From the human T2T-CHM13v2.0 reference genome, Homo sapiens: DNA of 64,000 nucleotides. Position 1 is the first letter of the stretch, and each line of letters begins with the position of its first letter. This document shows, one piece after another, positions 20,051 through 35,503 of the stretch. The stretch is taken from assembly GCF_009914755.1 (NCBI RefSeq), contig NC_060925.1. The stretch is one strand, 5' to 3'. Position numbers and translations under genes: made by a program. The notes beneath the pieces are model-generated. The model had not been told where the DNA came from and ran no database searches. It saw nothing but the letters and a program-made list of their open reading frames with translations.

Positions 20051-20208
20051 ACCAACAGCAGCCACGCCCTGTACTCTCTGGAGGTGCAGCTTCTGCAGGT
20101 TCTCCCTGGCTTCATCAGCAATGACTCCACAATGCTCAGCTTCAGCTGCACGTATACCCTGGTGGTGAATGTCAGCCAGACCCACCCCTACCAGGTATTC
20201 TCCTTCCC
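20051..20208 (+). pseudogene. ZPLD2P: ZP pseudogene exon 4: end of ZP-N and linker
   Basis: ctctctag|ACC to CC|GTAAGT; [52 protein letters not shown], like uromodulin RNETHATYSN...INFACSYPLDMKVS. Too short for the ORF track. Confidence 0.88.
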
Positions 20209-20424
20209 GTAAGTTCTGCCTCATCAGCTTCCACTCTGGTTGGGCCGTGGGAGCCTACTGAGTTCTCTACCTCTCTACCTCTAATCCAAGCACAAGAGTT
20301 AGCACCCTCAGGATGTTGCTCCCCTATGCTCAAACAGAGGCACCTTTTAGATGGAAATTCAAAGCATTAGTGGAAGAAAAGAGATGCTTCAGGCTGGGCT
20401 TGATGGTGTGTGCTTATAGTCTCA

Positions 20425-20589
<165 letters not shown>

Positions 20590-20815
20590 TTATGTAAATT
20601 ACTGTGGATAGCTTCAAGGGTCCTAGGTCTGGGGATCTATGAGGTGGCACCTCACTTTTTAGGCAGACCAGGAAGAAGGTAAGCAGGTTTGTTCCATCCG
20701 CCCTTTATTCTCTATGGTTACCAGTGCTCAGTGACCTTGCGGATGCAGAAGGTGTGGGTGAATGTCTCTCCCTCTGGGATTTCATGATGAGGGTTTCACT
20801 CCTGTCCCTCTCCAG

Positions 20816-21051
20816 ATATAGCACCATCCATGTTCTGGGCACTGGGGACACCATCATCATCTTGGGCATCTTCACAGACCTTCAGCTCTTAACTCTGCTT
20901 GAAAACAGAACTGTTCCTCTTGGCATGCCCTTCTACGTAGTCCTCAAGACAATAAGCAGTGATTTGCCCTGGTGGTCAGTGAGGTCTTTGCCAGCACCAA
21001 CATCTCCAGGACAGGTGCTGTTAAGGCCACCTACCACTTTGTGAACAAGAG
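20816..21051 (+). pseudogene. ZPLD2P: ZP pseudogene exon 5: first part of ZP-C, frameshifted, GC donor
   Basis: ctctccag|A; YSTIHVLGTGDTIIILGIFTD...FYVVLKTISSD, frameshift at ~20961-20965, then FALVVSEVFASTNISRTGAVKATYHFVNK; donor AG|GCAAGG at 21051/21052. Confidence 0.82.
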
Positions 21052-21459
21052 GCAAGGGTCAGTCAGGCCTGGTAACCTCCTGTGAGTGCCAGACCAGCCC
21101 CTGGATTTGGCTTGTGCTGTGTGCTTTTATACCCTCGAGCACAGATTCTGTCACTCTTCTTGGTATCCCTGGCATGCAAACACTGGAAGAAAGTAAGTGC
21201 TGGGTGAATGTTTCTTGAATAATGCTCTCATTCCCATTTTGAAGATAAGTAAATTAAGGCTCAGAGATTAAAGCCTGCCCAAGATCTTGCAGCCAACAAA
21301 TAACATGCATTTCTTTTATTCTTTGCTCAATTACTGAGGGCCTACAATGATAAAACTAAAAAACAAAGACACAACATTTCAGAGTGCTATATATATGCTA
21401 TATATTGGACATTCATTATATTTAGTAGCTAATAATATCTAATACTGACATAGCATTGA

Positions 21460-21847
<388 letters not shown>

Positions 21848-22539
21848 TAGTTATATTTTCATTCCCACTTTATAGAGAAACTGAGGCTCAGTTCACACAA
21901 TAAGTTGCAGATCTTGCTAAGTGTTGGGAACACAGAGACAGTAAATTCAAGTTCGTCCTCAACGTTCTTGGGAAGGAGTTGGGTCTCCTGACTTCTAGGT
22001 CATATTTTAGTAACAAGGCTTCACAGAGCACAGGGAATCATTTATTACCTTATTTATTCCTCCAAACAACCCTATGAAGTATTATTTCCCCCACTGTACA
22101 GCTGACAGAACAAGAGAAGACTCTGAGTTTAGGGGACTTCAACCAGGACACACCATCAGTCTCCAGAGTCCAGGCTCTGAAACACACCACGGCCAAACCT
22201 GTCCTCGCCTGTCATTCCTCCCTTGTCAGGAGGATATAGAACCCAGTGATTAAGGGTGTGGGCGGGCGCTGGGGCCAGGCTGCTCCCTGCAGAACCTTGG
22301 GCAACGCTCTTTGAACCTCAGTTTGAGCCTCAGTTTCCTCATCTTTAAAAAAGGGGTGGTGGGGGGCAAAAGTATTGTCTTCTTCACGGGTTCGGTGAGG
22401 ATGAAATGAAACAATCCATGTAAAGTTCTCAGCATGAAACCAGCATCTGCACCTATACAAGCAAACGTAAAAAGTGGGCAACGGTGCTCGGTGTTCATCC
22501 ATCGGCACCGCGGGCCCCTGACGCTGCCTCTCCCCACAG

Positions 22540-22702
22540 CTGCCCCGTCAGCAACCGGCTGCTCCAGGGCCTGCGGGCCAACGGGGCCTCTCTGGAGGTG
22601 ACCTTGGCCTTCAACCTGATCCGCTTCTCGACCAGCGATACACTGTACCTGCACGGCCGAGTGACCCTGTGTGACACGCGGGCAAGACGCCCATGCCAAC
22701 CA
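22540..22702 (+). pseudogene. ZPLD2P: ZP pseudogene exon 6: second part of ZP-C
   Basis: ccccacag|C to CCA|GTGAGT; CPVSNRLLQGLRANGASLEVTLAFNLIRFSTSDTLYLHGRVTLCDTRARRPCQP, matching uromodulin CPHT...ENGESSQGRFSVQMFRF...YLHCEVYLCD....CKP. Confidence 0.92.
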
Positions 22703-23030
22703 GTGAGTGGGCAGCCCCGGGACCTCCTGCGCAGCCGCCGCAGCCTTGCCTGCAAAGCAGTTCCTGCCGGGCAGGCTGGGTAGCCGGACTCCCAGCTGCG
22801 CCGTCTTCACGGAAGCGGTGCTGATGCGGGACCTGGGGGACTGCGGTGCTGGGGACTGGCCAGTCCTACCGGGGGCGGGGCTTGTGGAAGACGGGGCGGG
22901 ATTTTGAAGACCTAGGTCTTGTGGATGGTGAACTCACTTGGGGCGGGGAGGGAGGTGGGGCTACCCTGGGGTCTTGGGCAAAGTCCTCGCCTGGCCGGCT
23001 TCGCTACCCTTGTGCTTGCGTTGCCCACAA

Positions 23031-23142
23031 GCTTGTAGTCAGAAGAACTCGCCTGGGAGGGATCGCTCCTGGGAGATCCGAACGCGGGAGGGCCTGGAGC
23101 GCGGCGGCAGCTGGATAGCATTCGGGCCCATCCGAATAAGCG
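23031..23142 (+). pseudogene. ZPLD2P: ZP pseudogene exon 7: last ZP cysteine and external hydrophobic patch; acceptor mutated
   Basis: ACSQKNSPGRDRSWEIRTREGLERGGSWIAFGPIRIS then G|GTAAAT; the in-phase acceptor reads ccacAA|GCT (23029-23030) instead of ccacAG. Confidence 0.8.
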
Positions 23143-23497
23143 GTAAATGGATCATTTCTGGGGCCTCCCTGACTCCTCTTCCAGAACCTCCTACCGACCT
23201 GCTCTGTCCCCTCCTTCCTTCATGCCCTCCACTCTTCCCTAAATGCAAGTCTCCTCCCCGAGCCCATGTCCTCCTCGGCTTCCCCTCTGCTCTCCTCACC
23301 GGTCTCACTCAGTCAACTTCAAGTCTGAGCCTTCTCTGCCTGTCTCCTTCCATTCTCACCTTTCCTGTCACACCAGATCACTCTTCTCCCAGGCTGTCCC
23401 TCGTGCCAAACTTTTTTGGTAAATCTTCCTTAATGATCTAGAAACAGTCTCTCCCTTCTTTCTATTCCATAATGGTCCTTCAAAACCCCAACCCTCG

Positions 23498-23850
<353 letters not shown>

Positions 23851-24022
23851 CTACTAAGTCCATTCTTATTAGAGGCAGGAGGTCCATCATCACACCCTTC
23901 TGAATCTCAGTTTCAAAGAGACCAAGCCCTTTGCCCAGTCTTGATAAAATAATGGGAGAATGCTAGCCTTGTCCTGCCAGAATGGCACCTTAAGCTTGAT
24001 CTCTCTTTCTATGTGGTTTCAT

Positions 24023-24055
24023 AGTCCAATGCCTCCAGCAGCAGAAGCTCGGCAG
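24023..24055 (+). pseudogene. ZPLD2P: ZP pseudogene exon 8 (33 nt): small-residue spacer, candidate GPI omega region; acceptor mutated
   Basis: (E)SNASSSRSSA then G|GTTGGT; phase 1-1 works only if the acceptor was at 24021-24022, which now reads AT. Corresponds to the short penultimate exon of UMOD. Confidence 0.55.
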
Positions 24056-24109
24056 GTTGGTACAAAGATATTGCTGTGATGAAGTTCTGATGGTTGCACC
24101 AGGGTCTGA

Positions 24110-24622
<513 letters not shown>

Positions 24623-24841
24623 TGAAAATTCAAGATACAGGGGCAAGCAGGTAGGAGGTGAAAATTCAAGATACAGGCCAGGCAGTGGCTCACACTTGTA
24701 ATCCCAGCATTTTGCGAGACCAAAGTGGGAGGAGTGGTTGGGGCCAGGAGTTTGACACCAGCCTGGACAACACAGCAAGATGCTGTCTCTATAAAAAATT
24801 TAAAAATTAGCTGGGCATCATGGCACATGCTTGTAATCCTA

Positions 24842-24973
<132 letters not shown>

Positions 24974-25232
24974 TCAAGATACAGAGCCAGACAGGTAACA
25001 AGGACAGGTGAAGGTGGCTGAGTAGGGTCCACACTGAACTAGACAGTGCCTTTCATCCCCATCCTCCCCACCCCCAATTTAACTTACACACAGTCAGTCC
25101 CAAGAAAGCTTGTTGAATGAATGAATGGATTTCTAAATAATTCCCTAAAGGGGAATATCTAAGCCTAAAAACTTTCCCCTGCTCTCAATGCCACTTAATT
25201 CTGTTTTATAATCATTTCTTTCTTTCCTGCAG

Positions 25233-25285
25233 GAGCCTGGATGGCCATCTTTCTTCTGATAGCAATAAGCTGGATGCTGGGATAG
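25233..25285 (+). pseudogene. ZPLD2P: ZP pseudogene exon 9 coding part: hydrophobic C-terminal GPI-type signal and stop
   Basis: Pyrimidine tract tttctttctttcctgcag|GA; GAWMAIFLLIAISWMLG-TAG (stop 25283-25285) in the phase required by upstream exons. Confidence 0.75.
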
Positions 25286-25563
25286 AAGCCTGATACCTCC
25301 TCCAACCCTAGTCCTTGGCCTCTAGTTTACTCGCCTGAGGCAAGGGTAGAGTGGAGGAAGATTTAGGGAAAGCAAGTAGTCCGTTTTATTGTTACGGACC
25401 AGAGAGGTTGGGGGTGCAGATGAAACCAACATCTGGTAAGGAGTGTGGCTGATCAGCCTTGGGCTCTGCTTCCTCATCCCACCTTTGCTTCCTATCTCTG
25501 GAACTCTTCTAGGGGGAGATTGAGTTACTTAGTATGGTATGGGGAGGTGCAGAGGGTATGGCT

Positions 25564-25569
25564 AATAAA
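25564..25569 (+). terminator. Candidate poly(A) signal of the ZP pseudogene
   Basis: First AATAAA after the stop codon (~280 nt downstream), followed by T/GT-rich sequence. Confidence 0.55.
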
Positions 25570-26943
25570 CAGCCGGGAATTCTACTTTGTCTGACTCCTT
25601 TCTGTGTAATCCAGATCTTATATTGAGGGGGTTGGGGATGGCAGGGAGAAGTCACTTTATCCTCTATCTCTCCATATGTAAAATGAGAGTTTGAACTGAT
25701 GATCTCTGCTTCAACATGGAGACTCTATGACTCTCATTCCAGGGAAAGTTCCTGGGCCTTGGCCAGCTGGCCCTAAGTCTCCTTTCTTTTTTTCTGCAAA
25801 ATGGGCACGAACTATTCAATTTCAGAATGAGGATAAATGTATACACACACTATTATCCAAGCCTCCTTCTCCTGCCCCTTAATTATTTCTGACCTCATTA
25901 GCTCCCCCTTCCTAGTAGAGGGTGGATATGGCAGCAGTGTTTGTGTGAATATCATTCCTTTATTCAAAAACAGGTTGGAATCTGCTATGCACTTGTTAAC
26001 TGTATTAGGCCTGGGGGATTCAACAGTACAAAAGACAAAGTCTTTGACCTTACAGAGAAAACAGTTGAGTTTGGGGAGTAGGTAGTGAGGACCAGGAAGC
26101 AAGACAGGGTTTATAAGTTGGCAGAGGTGGGACCTACCCATAAGGTAGAATTTCACAAAAACACAGGAAGGCCCTGTGCCTTCTTTTGATGTTTCATTTT
26201 TGAAATACAATTTTTTGTTAATATCCATGATTATTTTAGAAATTAATTTCCTGGGGGAAAACATGAGTACAAGCAACACAATAAAAGTTAAATTTGGGCT
26301 GGGCACAGTGGCTCATGCCTGTAATCCCAGTACTTTGGGAGGCCAAGGTGGGTGAATCACGAGGTCAGGAGTTCAAGACCAGCCTGGCCAGCATGGTGAA
26401 ACCCCGTCTCTACTAAAAATACAAAAATTAGCCAGCCAGGCATGGTGGCACGGGCCTGTAATCCCAGCTACGCGGGAGGCTGAGGCAAGAGGATTGCTTG
26501 AACCGGGAGGCAGAGGTTGCAGTGAGCCGAGATCATGCTACTGCACTCCAGCTTGGGTGACAGGGCGAGACTCTGTCTCAAAAAAAAAAAAGTTAAATTT
26601 GGCCAGGCACAGTGGCTCACACCTGTAATCCCAACACTTTGGGAGGCCAAGGTGTGCCAGATAGCTTGAGCCCCAGAGTTTGAGAGCAGTCTGGGCAACA
26701 TAGTGAGACCTTCTTGAGACCTTCTTCTCTACAAAAAATTTAAAAATTAGCCAGGAACCTGTAGTTCCAGCTACTCGGGAGGCTGAGGTGGGAGAATCAC
26801 CTGAGCCCAGGAGGTCAAGGCTGCAGTGAGCTGTGTTCCTGCCACTGTACTCCAGCCTGGGTGACAGTAAGACCTTGTAAAAAAAAAAAAAAAAAGCTAA
26901 ATTTAATTTAAATTTAACAGTCTTAATATTTCATTTGCAGGTT

Positions 26944-27304
<361 letters not shown>

Positions 27305-28176
27305 TTAACAGCTCCTGAAAAAAATCATGTCAAATGATCAATCCATGTTATTTTTTCATGCACATCAAAGTCACACATTTATTAAATCATCAATAAATTA
27401 CATTTCATTGTGAATTCATATTGACTTTATACGTCTGTAGTAGACTTTAAACAGTCCTGCTATCAAAGGCATTAGCCCTTGCCGTTATTTAAAATGTATC
27501 CTGGCCAGGCACTGTGGCTCACGCTTGTAATCCCCACATTTTGGGATGTTGGGGTGGGCGGATCACCTGAGGTTAGGCATGCAAGCCCAGCCTGGCCATA
27601 ATAGTGAAATCCTGTCTCTACTAAAAATACAAAAATTAGCTGGGTGTGGTGGCAGGTGCCTGTAATCCCAGCTACTCGGGAGGATGAGGCAGGAGAATCG
27701 CTTGAACCCAAGAGGTGGAAGTTTGCAGTAAGCCGAGATTGTGCCATTGCACTCCCGCCTGGGTGGCAGAGCAAGACTCTGTCTCAAAAATAAATAGATA
27801 AAATATATCCTGAGGGAAGAAGGGAAGTAGAAAAAATATATACATATATATCTTGAAGGATAAGGACAAAATATTGACTCCGCTTAAATATCTCAAAAAG
27901 AAAATAAATGAAATAAAATTAAGTAAACAAGGAAGCTATTGCATTTAAACTAAATTAGTTGACCATGTTAAAGAAGCCTCAGTGCTGTGTAACAATAGAT
28001 GCTTATAAAATAATCCACCAGACCACACAGTGCATATGAAAGTGATAACTCTAATTATATGATTGTAACTAAGTTGCAATTTTTTTTTTATACTGAGGTG
28101 GGTCACATCTGGACTAACCCTGTCCCTTTTCAGTCATTAAGTCAGTGTACTTGATATATTTTATTAAAATATTCAG

Positions 28177-28558
28177 TGATATGATTTCGCTGTGTCCCTA
28201 CCCAAATCTCATCTTGTTCCCATAATCTCCATGTGTCATAGGAGGGAACTGAAGGGAGGTAATTTAATCATGGGGGCGGTTGCCCTCATGCTGGTCTCAT
28301 GAAAGTGACTTCTCACAAGATCTGATGGTTTTATAAAGGGCTTTTCCCCTTTTTGCTGGGCACTTCTCCTTGCTGTCACCATGTGAAGAAGGATGTGTTT
28401 GCTTCCCCTTCTGCCATGATTGTAAGTTTCCTGAGGCCTCCCCAGCCCTGTGGAACTGTGAGTCAATTAAACCTCTTCCCTTTATAAATTACCTAGTCTC
28501 AGGTATGTCTTACCCAGTGAACATTAGTCTGTTCTCACCGTGAGAACAGACTAATACA
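28177..28558 (+). mobile_element. Solo THE1 (MaLR) LTR
   Basis: Starts TGATATG...GCTGTGTCCC, ends GAGAACAGACTAATACA; 5-bp TSD ttcag/tccag. Confidence 0.9.
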
Positions 28559-28628
28559 TCCAGCTTGTCTTTTAAAAATAATAATGTAACTGACAATTTA
28601 AGAATATCTTATATTGGCCAGGCGCTCA

Positions 28629-28942
<314 letters not shown>

Positions 28943-29096
28943 CTAGGACCAAAAGTCTCTGTTAAAATATAAATGAGCTGAGAGTGGTGGCACATGCTGG
29001 TAGTCCCAGCTACTCTGGAGGTTGAACGGGAGGATAGCTTGAGCCCAGGAGTTTGAGCCCAGCCTGGGCAACATAAAGAGACTCCTTCTCAAATGC

Positions 29097-29100
29097 ATGT

Positions 29101-29137
<37 letters not shown>
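29097..29137. repeat. (TG)n microsatellite
   Basis: Direct reading. Confidence 0.95.
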
Positions 29138-29139
<2 letters not shown>

Positions 29140-29140
29140 C

Positions 29141-29320
29141 CTCCTTTGAAACAATTTTCCAGTCTGATTCTTCAAGCTCATATTAACGCAAATGGACTTA
29201 ATGGTTCCTTTTCCTGGGGACTAAGTTTGGGGAGGAAGGCAGGACTGATTCCTTACCCTTCAAACTAAACCCTGGTCACAGGCTGACCAGTGCCTCCAAC
29301 CCAGACCAAGCCCTGACCCT
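29141..29320 (+). repeat. Copy 1 of a 180-bp local direct duplication
   Basis: Ungapped match to 30994-31173 with 17 mismatches by manual alignment. Confidence 0.92.
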
Positions 29321-29469
29321 AGCCTCAGACTGTGCAATAACCCTGACTAGCATATATGTATATATATACATATGACAAGTCATTCACATTTGAAAATTGG
29401 CAGTAGGGCCGGCCACGGTGGCTCACGCCTGTAATCCCAGGATTTTGGGAGGCCAAGGCGGGCAGATCA

Positions 29470-29801
<332 letters not shown>

Positions 29802-30555
29802 TCAACACTTCCACTATGTTTCCAGTCGGATTTCTCTTCTATCCTCTGTATCAGCAATTCACATCTTCCTAATTCTTCTCAGTCCTCTAGATGCCCCTGT
29901 TCCCTCCCTCCTCACATATGCCTTTCACAAAAGAAATGGAAGCCTTTCAATGTTTTCTGACTCTTCTTTCTCTTTCTTTCTTTCTTTTTCTTTCTTTCCT
30001 TCTTTCCTTCCGTCTTTCCTTCTTTCCTTCTTTCTTTCAGAACCTCGCTCTGTTGCCCAGGCTGGAGTGCAGTGATCTTGGCTCACTGCAACCTCTCCTC
30101 CTGAGTTCAAGTGATTCTCTTGCCCCAGCTTCCCCAGTAGCTGGGATTACAGGTGCCCACCACCACACCTGGCTAATTTTGTATTTTTAGTAGGGTTTTA
30201 TCATGTTGGCCACAGGCTGGTCTCAAACTCCCGACCTCAAGTGATCCACCTGCCTGGGCCTCCCAAAGTGCTGGGATTACAGGCGTGAGCCACCGTGCCC
30301 GGCCAGGACTAACACTTTCTAGCTTTCTACCCTTCAGTCCATAAATTTATTCATTTAGACACCCTGTCTTAACATTTTTTTTTTTAGCCTTTACGTTAAC
30401 AGAGGCTTCTGGTCCTAATTTCATATCATACCCAGGTTCATTTTCATTATCCATTAAATCTGCTATTTTATGTCTTCTATATTCTTATCTTAAAATACTA
30501 AAAGAGAGGACAAAGGATACAACCTTGGGGCACATCCCTAGGGTCTTTCCTCTAG

Positions 30556-30831
<276 letters not shown>

Positions 30832-30993
30832 TGATCCGCCCTCCTCTGTCTCCCAAAGTGCTGGGATTACAGGCATGAGCCACCGCGCCCGGCCTCCTAT
30901 ACAATTTTTTAGTATCTCTCCCTGCCAAGTCAGGTTTCTAGATACCCAGAATTTCACTATCTGAGATTCATTCCTTTGGCTGATGGTTCTGTT

Positions 30994-31173
30994 CTCCTTT
31001 GAAACAATTTTCCTGTCTGACTCTTCAAGCGCATATTAATGCAAATGGACTTAACAGTTCCTTTTCCTGTGGACCAAGTTTGGGGAGGGAGGCAGGACTG
31101 ATCCTTTACCCTTCAACCTGAACCTTGGTCACAGGCTGACCACTGCGTCCAACCCAGACCAAGCCTTGACCCT
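30994..31173 (+). repeat. Copy 2 of the 180-bp local direct duplication (promoter-proximal)
   Basis: Ungapped match to 29141-29320; contains ATGCAAAT at 31039-31046. Confidence 0.92.
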
Positions 31174-31299
31174 GACTAGTCAGTGACCCAGGCCACACCC
31201 TAACTCCTGGTCACAACCTGAACCCCTGCTTCAGGTGTGAGAACTGATAGACCGGCGTTGGAATGGAAGGAGGGTGAGGCAAGCTGAGTGGGATTCTCG

Positions 31300-32250
31300 T
31301 GTCCCCAGCCCCGCCGGCGGGCCGCCAGCTTCCCAACCTGCACAGGCCCAGCAGGGCCCCTCCAGGTCTAGGTGAGCAGAGCTCCACCTACAGGTAAAAC
31401 GCGGCAAGGGGCAGAGAAGGAGCCAAGTGGCGACGTGGTCATGCGCAGAAAGATCCGTCCGGCTCTCTGAGCAGAGGGTAGCGTGTGGGGGCGGGATACC
31501 GACGCGGCTCGGCTGCCGATTGGTCAGAAGAGGATAGAAAGGGGCGGGAAGCCGGCGCGGCTCGACTCCCGATTGGCCAGAGGCGGCAGAACGGGGTGGG
31601 GCCAAACGACGCGCGTTCTGTGGCGCGCGGCCTGGCGGGCGTGCAACGGCCGTTAGAGGAGCTGAGGGAGGGAACCACCGCTCACCGCAGACGTAGTGGC
31701 TGCAGTCAGTCTTCCCGAGTGAGGGATTTCGCCGCCCGCTTTCAGGCCCGTGTAAGTTTTCCTCCTTCGGGAGCCTCAGTCCTAGTGGCCGACCTTGCCT
31801 CTCCTCCCATAGCTCCGGCGAAGCCTCAGACGCTCGCGACCTGCCACCGTGAGGGGCCGGGGAGAGCGAAGCGCATGCGCCTCGGCTCCGAAGCGAGTGC
31901 CCCGGCATACGCCCTCTCGCGTCCCATTCCCCTCGCTTCCCCCGTTGCCTTGCTTTGCCGTCCGTGGTTCACCCCACGGCAGTCACTTTACCTGCGTGCC
32001 AGGCCCTGTGCCGATAGCCAGGGACACAGCGAGCGGCGCATTCCTTGCCCTTGCGGAGCGCACAGCCCTGGGAGTCGACGTTAAGCGGGGTAATCCCTCG
32101 GCGCGCAGTGAGGGTAGAGTGGAGAAATCTTACAAAGAGCGCAAAACAGAAGGCGCGGATCTAGTCGGACAGGTCAGGGAGCCCTCCCCGAGGAGGAGAA
32201 GTTTGAGCCGAGATTGGAAGGCTGTGTAGAGAATTAAGGTTGTGGGACGG
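31300..32250 (+). promoter_or_regulatory. CEP85: CEP85 CpG-island, TATA-less promoter
   Basis: High CpG density; reverse CCAAT boxes ATTGG at 31519-31523 and 31572-31576; GC box GGGGCGGG at 31541; NRF1-type palindrome GCGCATGCGC at 31871-31880. Confidence 0.88.
31641..31751 (+). other. CEP85: CEP85 non-coding exon 1 (start approximate)
   Basis: Lies in the CpG island and ends at donor T|GTAAGT (31751/31752); no ATG; the next acceptor leads to the CEP85 start codon. Confidence 0.75.
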
Positions 32251-32279
32251 AAAGCACTTGGCGGGGCCTTACCCCGGTA

Positions 32280-32480
32280 CTTCTCGGCCGGGGCGATTTT
32301 GCTTCCCTGGGGACATTGGTCGATGTCTGGAAACACTTTTGATAGTCACAGCTCCAGGGCTTGCTACTGGCATCTAGTGCGAAGAAGCCAGGGATGCTGT
32401 TACACAGCCTACTGTGTGTAGGACGCCCCCAACAACAAAGAAAAATCCCCCAAAATGTCAGTAGGGCGGAAGGTGAGGAA
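32280..32480 (+). mobile_element. MER20-like hAT DNA transposon relic
   Basis: GGGGCGATTTTG...GGGGACATT...GTCTGGA...GCTACTGGCATCTAGT...GCCAGGGATGCTG pattern; a second similar relic lies at ~40695-40895. Confidence 0.7.
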
Positions 32481-32886
32481 GCTTCCTTCAGCGAGAAGGA
32501 GCTGGTGCTTTGGTTGAACTGAAAGTTAGTGTGTTCAGGTTTATTTGTTCAACAGTATATTCAACGCTTACTTCACCTCAGTTAATGAGAGCGATCCTTT
32601 ACACCAGTACATTCCCAACACGTGGCTCAGAGCCAGGCGCATAGTAGGCACGCAGTAAATTTCGGTTGATGAATTGAACACTGGGATAAGTAGGGGGCGG
32701 TGGTGATACAAGGACGATGAAGCTAGCCAGGCCTCATTTATTTGCCCTCAAACCTTGTCTGCTTTATAGTGATCTGGTGGTTTTGTATGTCTCACGACTT
32801 TTCTTTGTAAAGGCAACTTCTTGTCAAGGATTTGGCTTCTCTTTCACAAGGTTTAATGAATGATCAAGGCGGTGAAAATAGTGTAA

Positions 32887-33366
<480 letters not shown>

Positions 33367-34079
33367 TAATTCTTGGGTAGCAACTTGAGAAATAAAGCCT
33401 AGGTGATGACCAAGGACAAAGTGAAGAAATTTTATGAGCTTTTACTGCTCATATAATTGAGGCTTGCAGCTCTAGCTGTCTGAGGCAGAAACTCCAACTT
33501 GTGGTGCCATGCTTGATCTCTTTTTTTGTGTTTTGTCACATGTAGAATGCTGACTAGACTACTGTAGCGTTAGAGTACAGTCCTGGCTTTGAAGCCTCTT
33601 CCTAGCCATATGACCTTCACTACTGTAAACCTTTATTTTCTCATCCATAAAATGAGGATAATAGTAACTGCCTCATAGGGTTGATGTGAACATGAAACAT
33701 GAGACATGATACCTAAAAAGTGTTGAGCACAGTGTTTGATAGGTAGTAAGTGCAGAATGCATGTTAAATTTGTTGAATGAGTGACTGTTTCTGTAGTTTA
33801 AAGGGCTTTGAAGATGGAAACCAATCCTGTTGGGTGCTTTTTTTTTTTTTTCCCTCTGTCTGCCTCCATTCACTCCCTTTCTAAGCTTTATAACTGGTGT
33901 GTTACTTCTTGTACATTCACTTCTCTCATTTTTATCCCAGGAAATTTCTGTCTCCTTCAGTTGTCCCAAAAATTTCCACCAGTAGCTCATCTAATTCTTA
34001 AGTCAAGAATGATTTATTTTGTATTGTTTTACTCCTTACGGGGTTTCTTTCTTTCTGTTTTTCTTTTTTGAGATATTTG

Positions 34080-34655
34080 TTGTCAATGAGGGTCAGACTC
34101 TGAAATATTTGAAGGGATTTATTCTGAGCCAAATATGGGTGACCAGTGGCCCCTGACACAGCCCTCAGGTGATCCTGATAACGTGTGCCCTGGTTTTAAA
34201 CATTTTAGGTAGACATGAGACATCAGTCAAATACATGTAAGATTTACATTGATCTGGAAGGGTAAGACAACTCTTAGTGGGTGGGGGCTTCCAGGTCATA
34301 GGTAGATTTCAAAATTTTCTGATTGGCAGTTGGTTGAAAGTTGTTATCAATAGAAAGGAATGTCTGGGTTAAGGTATCCTGGGGATCAACATTTTATTGT
34401 ACAGATGAAGCCTCCAAATAGTAGGCTTTAGAGAGAATAGATTATAAATGTTTCTTACAGACATCTGTGTTAATGTTAATGCTTTTCCTAAATTCCAGAA
34501 GGGAGGAGGGTATAATGAGGGGTGTAGGACTCCACCACCACTACCACCATCATGGCCTTAACAGGTTTTTCAGCTTAACTTTGGAATGCCATTGGCCAAG
34601 GGGAGGGATCCATTCAGGTGGTTGGGGATGTCTTAGAATTTTTTTTTTGGCTTAT
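34080..34655 (-). mobile_element. MER4-group ERV1 LTR
   Basis: GATTTATTCTGAGCCAAATATG..GACCA..GGCCC..GACACAGCCCTCAGG..ATCCTGA pattern typical of antisense MER4 LTRs; boundaries approximate. Confidence 0.65.
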
Positions 34656-34659
34656 ATCA

Positions 34660-35180
34660 CATAACATAAAATTTAATTTTATGTGTGTGCAATTCAGAGG
34701 TTTTTAATATATTGGCAAGGTTGTGCAGTCAGTCACCACTATCTAATCTCAGAACATTTTGATCACCCTGAAAAGAAACCCGGTATCCATTAGCAGTCCC
34801 TGCCTATTCTCCTACCCTCCCTCCTCTCAGTCCTTTGCAATCACTAATCTGTGTCTCTATGGATTTGCCTATTCTGACATTTCATATAAATAGGATCAAG
34901 CCTTTTGTTTGGCTTCTTTGACTTTGCATGTCTTCAGTGTTCATCCATGTTGTCACATGTATCAGTACTTCCTTTTATTGCTGAATAATACTCTGTTTTT
35001 TGGATATACCACATTTTATGTATCCATTCATTAGCTCATGGACGTTTGTGTTGTTTCCACTTTTTGGCTATTGTAAATAATGCTGCTACGAACATTCTTA
35101 TTGAAGCTTTTGTGTAAACCTGTGTTTTCATTTCTCTTGGGTGTATACTTCAGTGTGGAATTGCTGAGTCATAGGGTAAC
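34660..35180 (-). mobile_element. Old L1 (L1M) 3' fragment
   Basis: Antisense L1M 3' UTR motifs (TCTATGGATTTGCCTATTCTG, TTCATCCATGTTGT, GGAATTGCTG.GTCATA). Confidence 0.75.
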
Positions 35181-35503
35181 TCGGAGTTCTCCTTCTGTCA
35201 CCGTATTTTCAACTTGTCTGAATTTAGAAACACCTTAGAATCCAGTGCGCCTACCATTTTGTTATCCTTTAAAGAAAGGAGTGAAGAAAAGGATTTTGAT
35301 ATTGACAAGAAAGGAAATCACTAGTAAGGAGGTAATCTAATCATTCTATGTCATCATTTAACTCACTGAATCATACTTGCCATAAACTAAAGCTTTTATT
35401 ACTGAACAAAGCTTCCCTCACCCAGTATGTGAAGAACTGGAATTGTGGAGGATGATACCCTTTCTATTGTAGATGCAGTGAATTAATAAGGGTTTGGGTT
35501 GTT

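Larger units (their letters stand above)
22480..23150. promoter_or_regulatory. CpG-rich island over ZP pseudogene exons 6-7
   Basis: Dense CG dinucleotides compared with flanks, with GC boxes GGGGCGGGG near 22872, 22892 and 22940. Confidence 0.6.

Noticed and set aside
22250-23441. Overlapping long ORFs around the ZP exon 6-7 CpG island
   Set aside because: Only the segments between splice sites resemble ZP proteins; the rest is GC-rich read-through or antisense shadow.
24023-24024. AG at 24023-24024 as the true acceptor of exon 8
   Set aside because: Using it puts the last exon out of frame and removes the hydrophobic tail, so a mutated acceptor two bases upstream fits better.
31231-32336. 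Long Arg/Pro/Ala-rich ORFs on both strands
   Set aside because: Expected stop-codon scarcity in the GC-rich CEP85 promoter; no recognisable domain.
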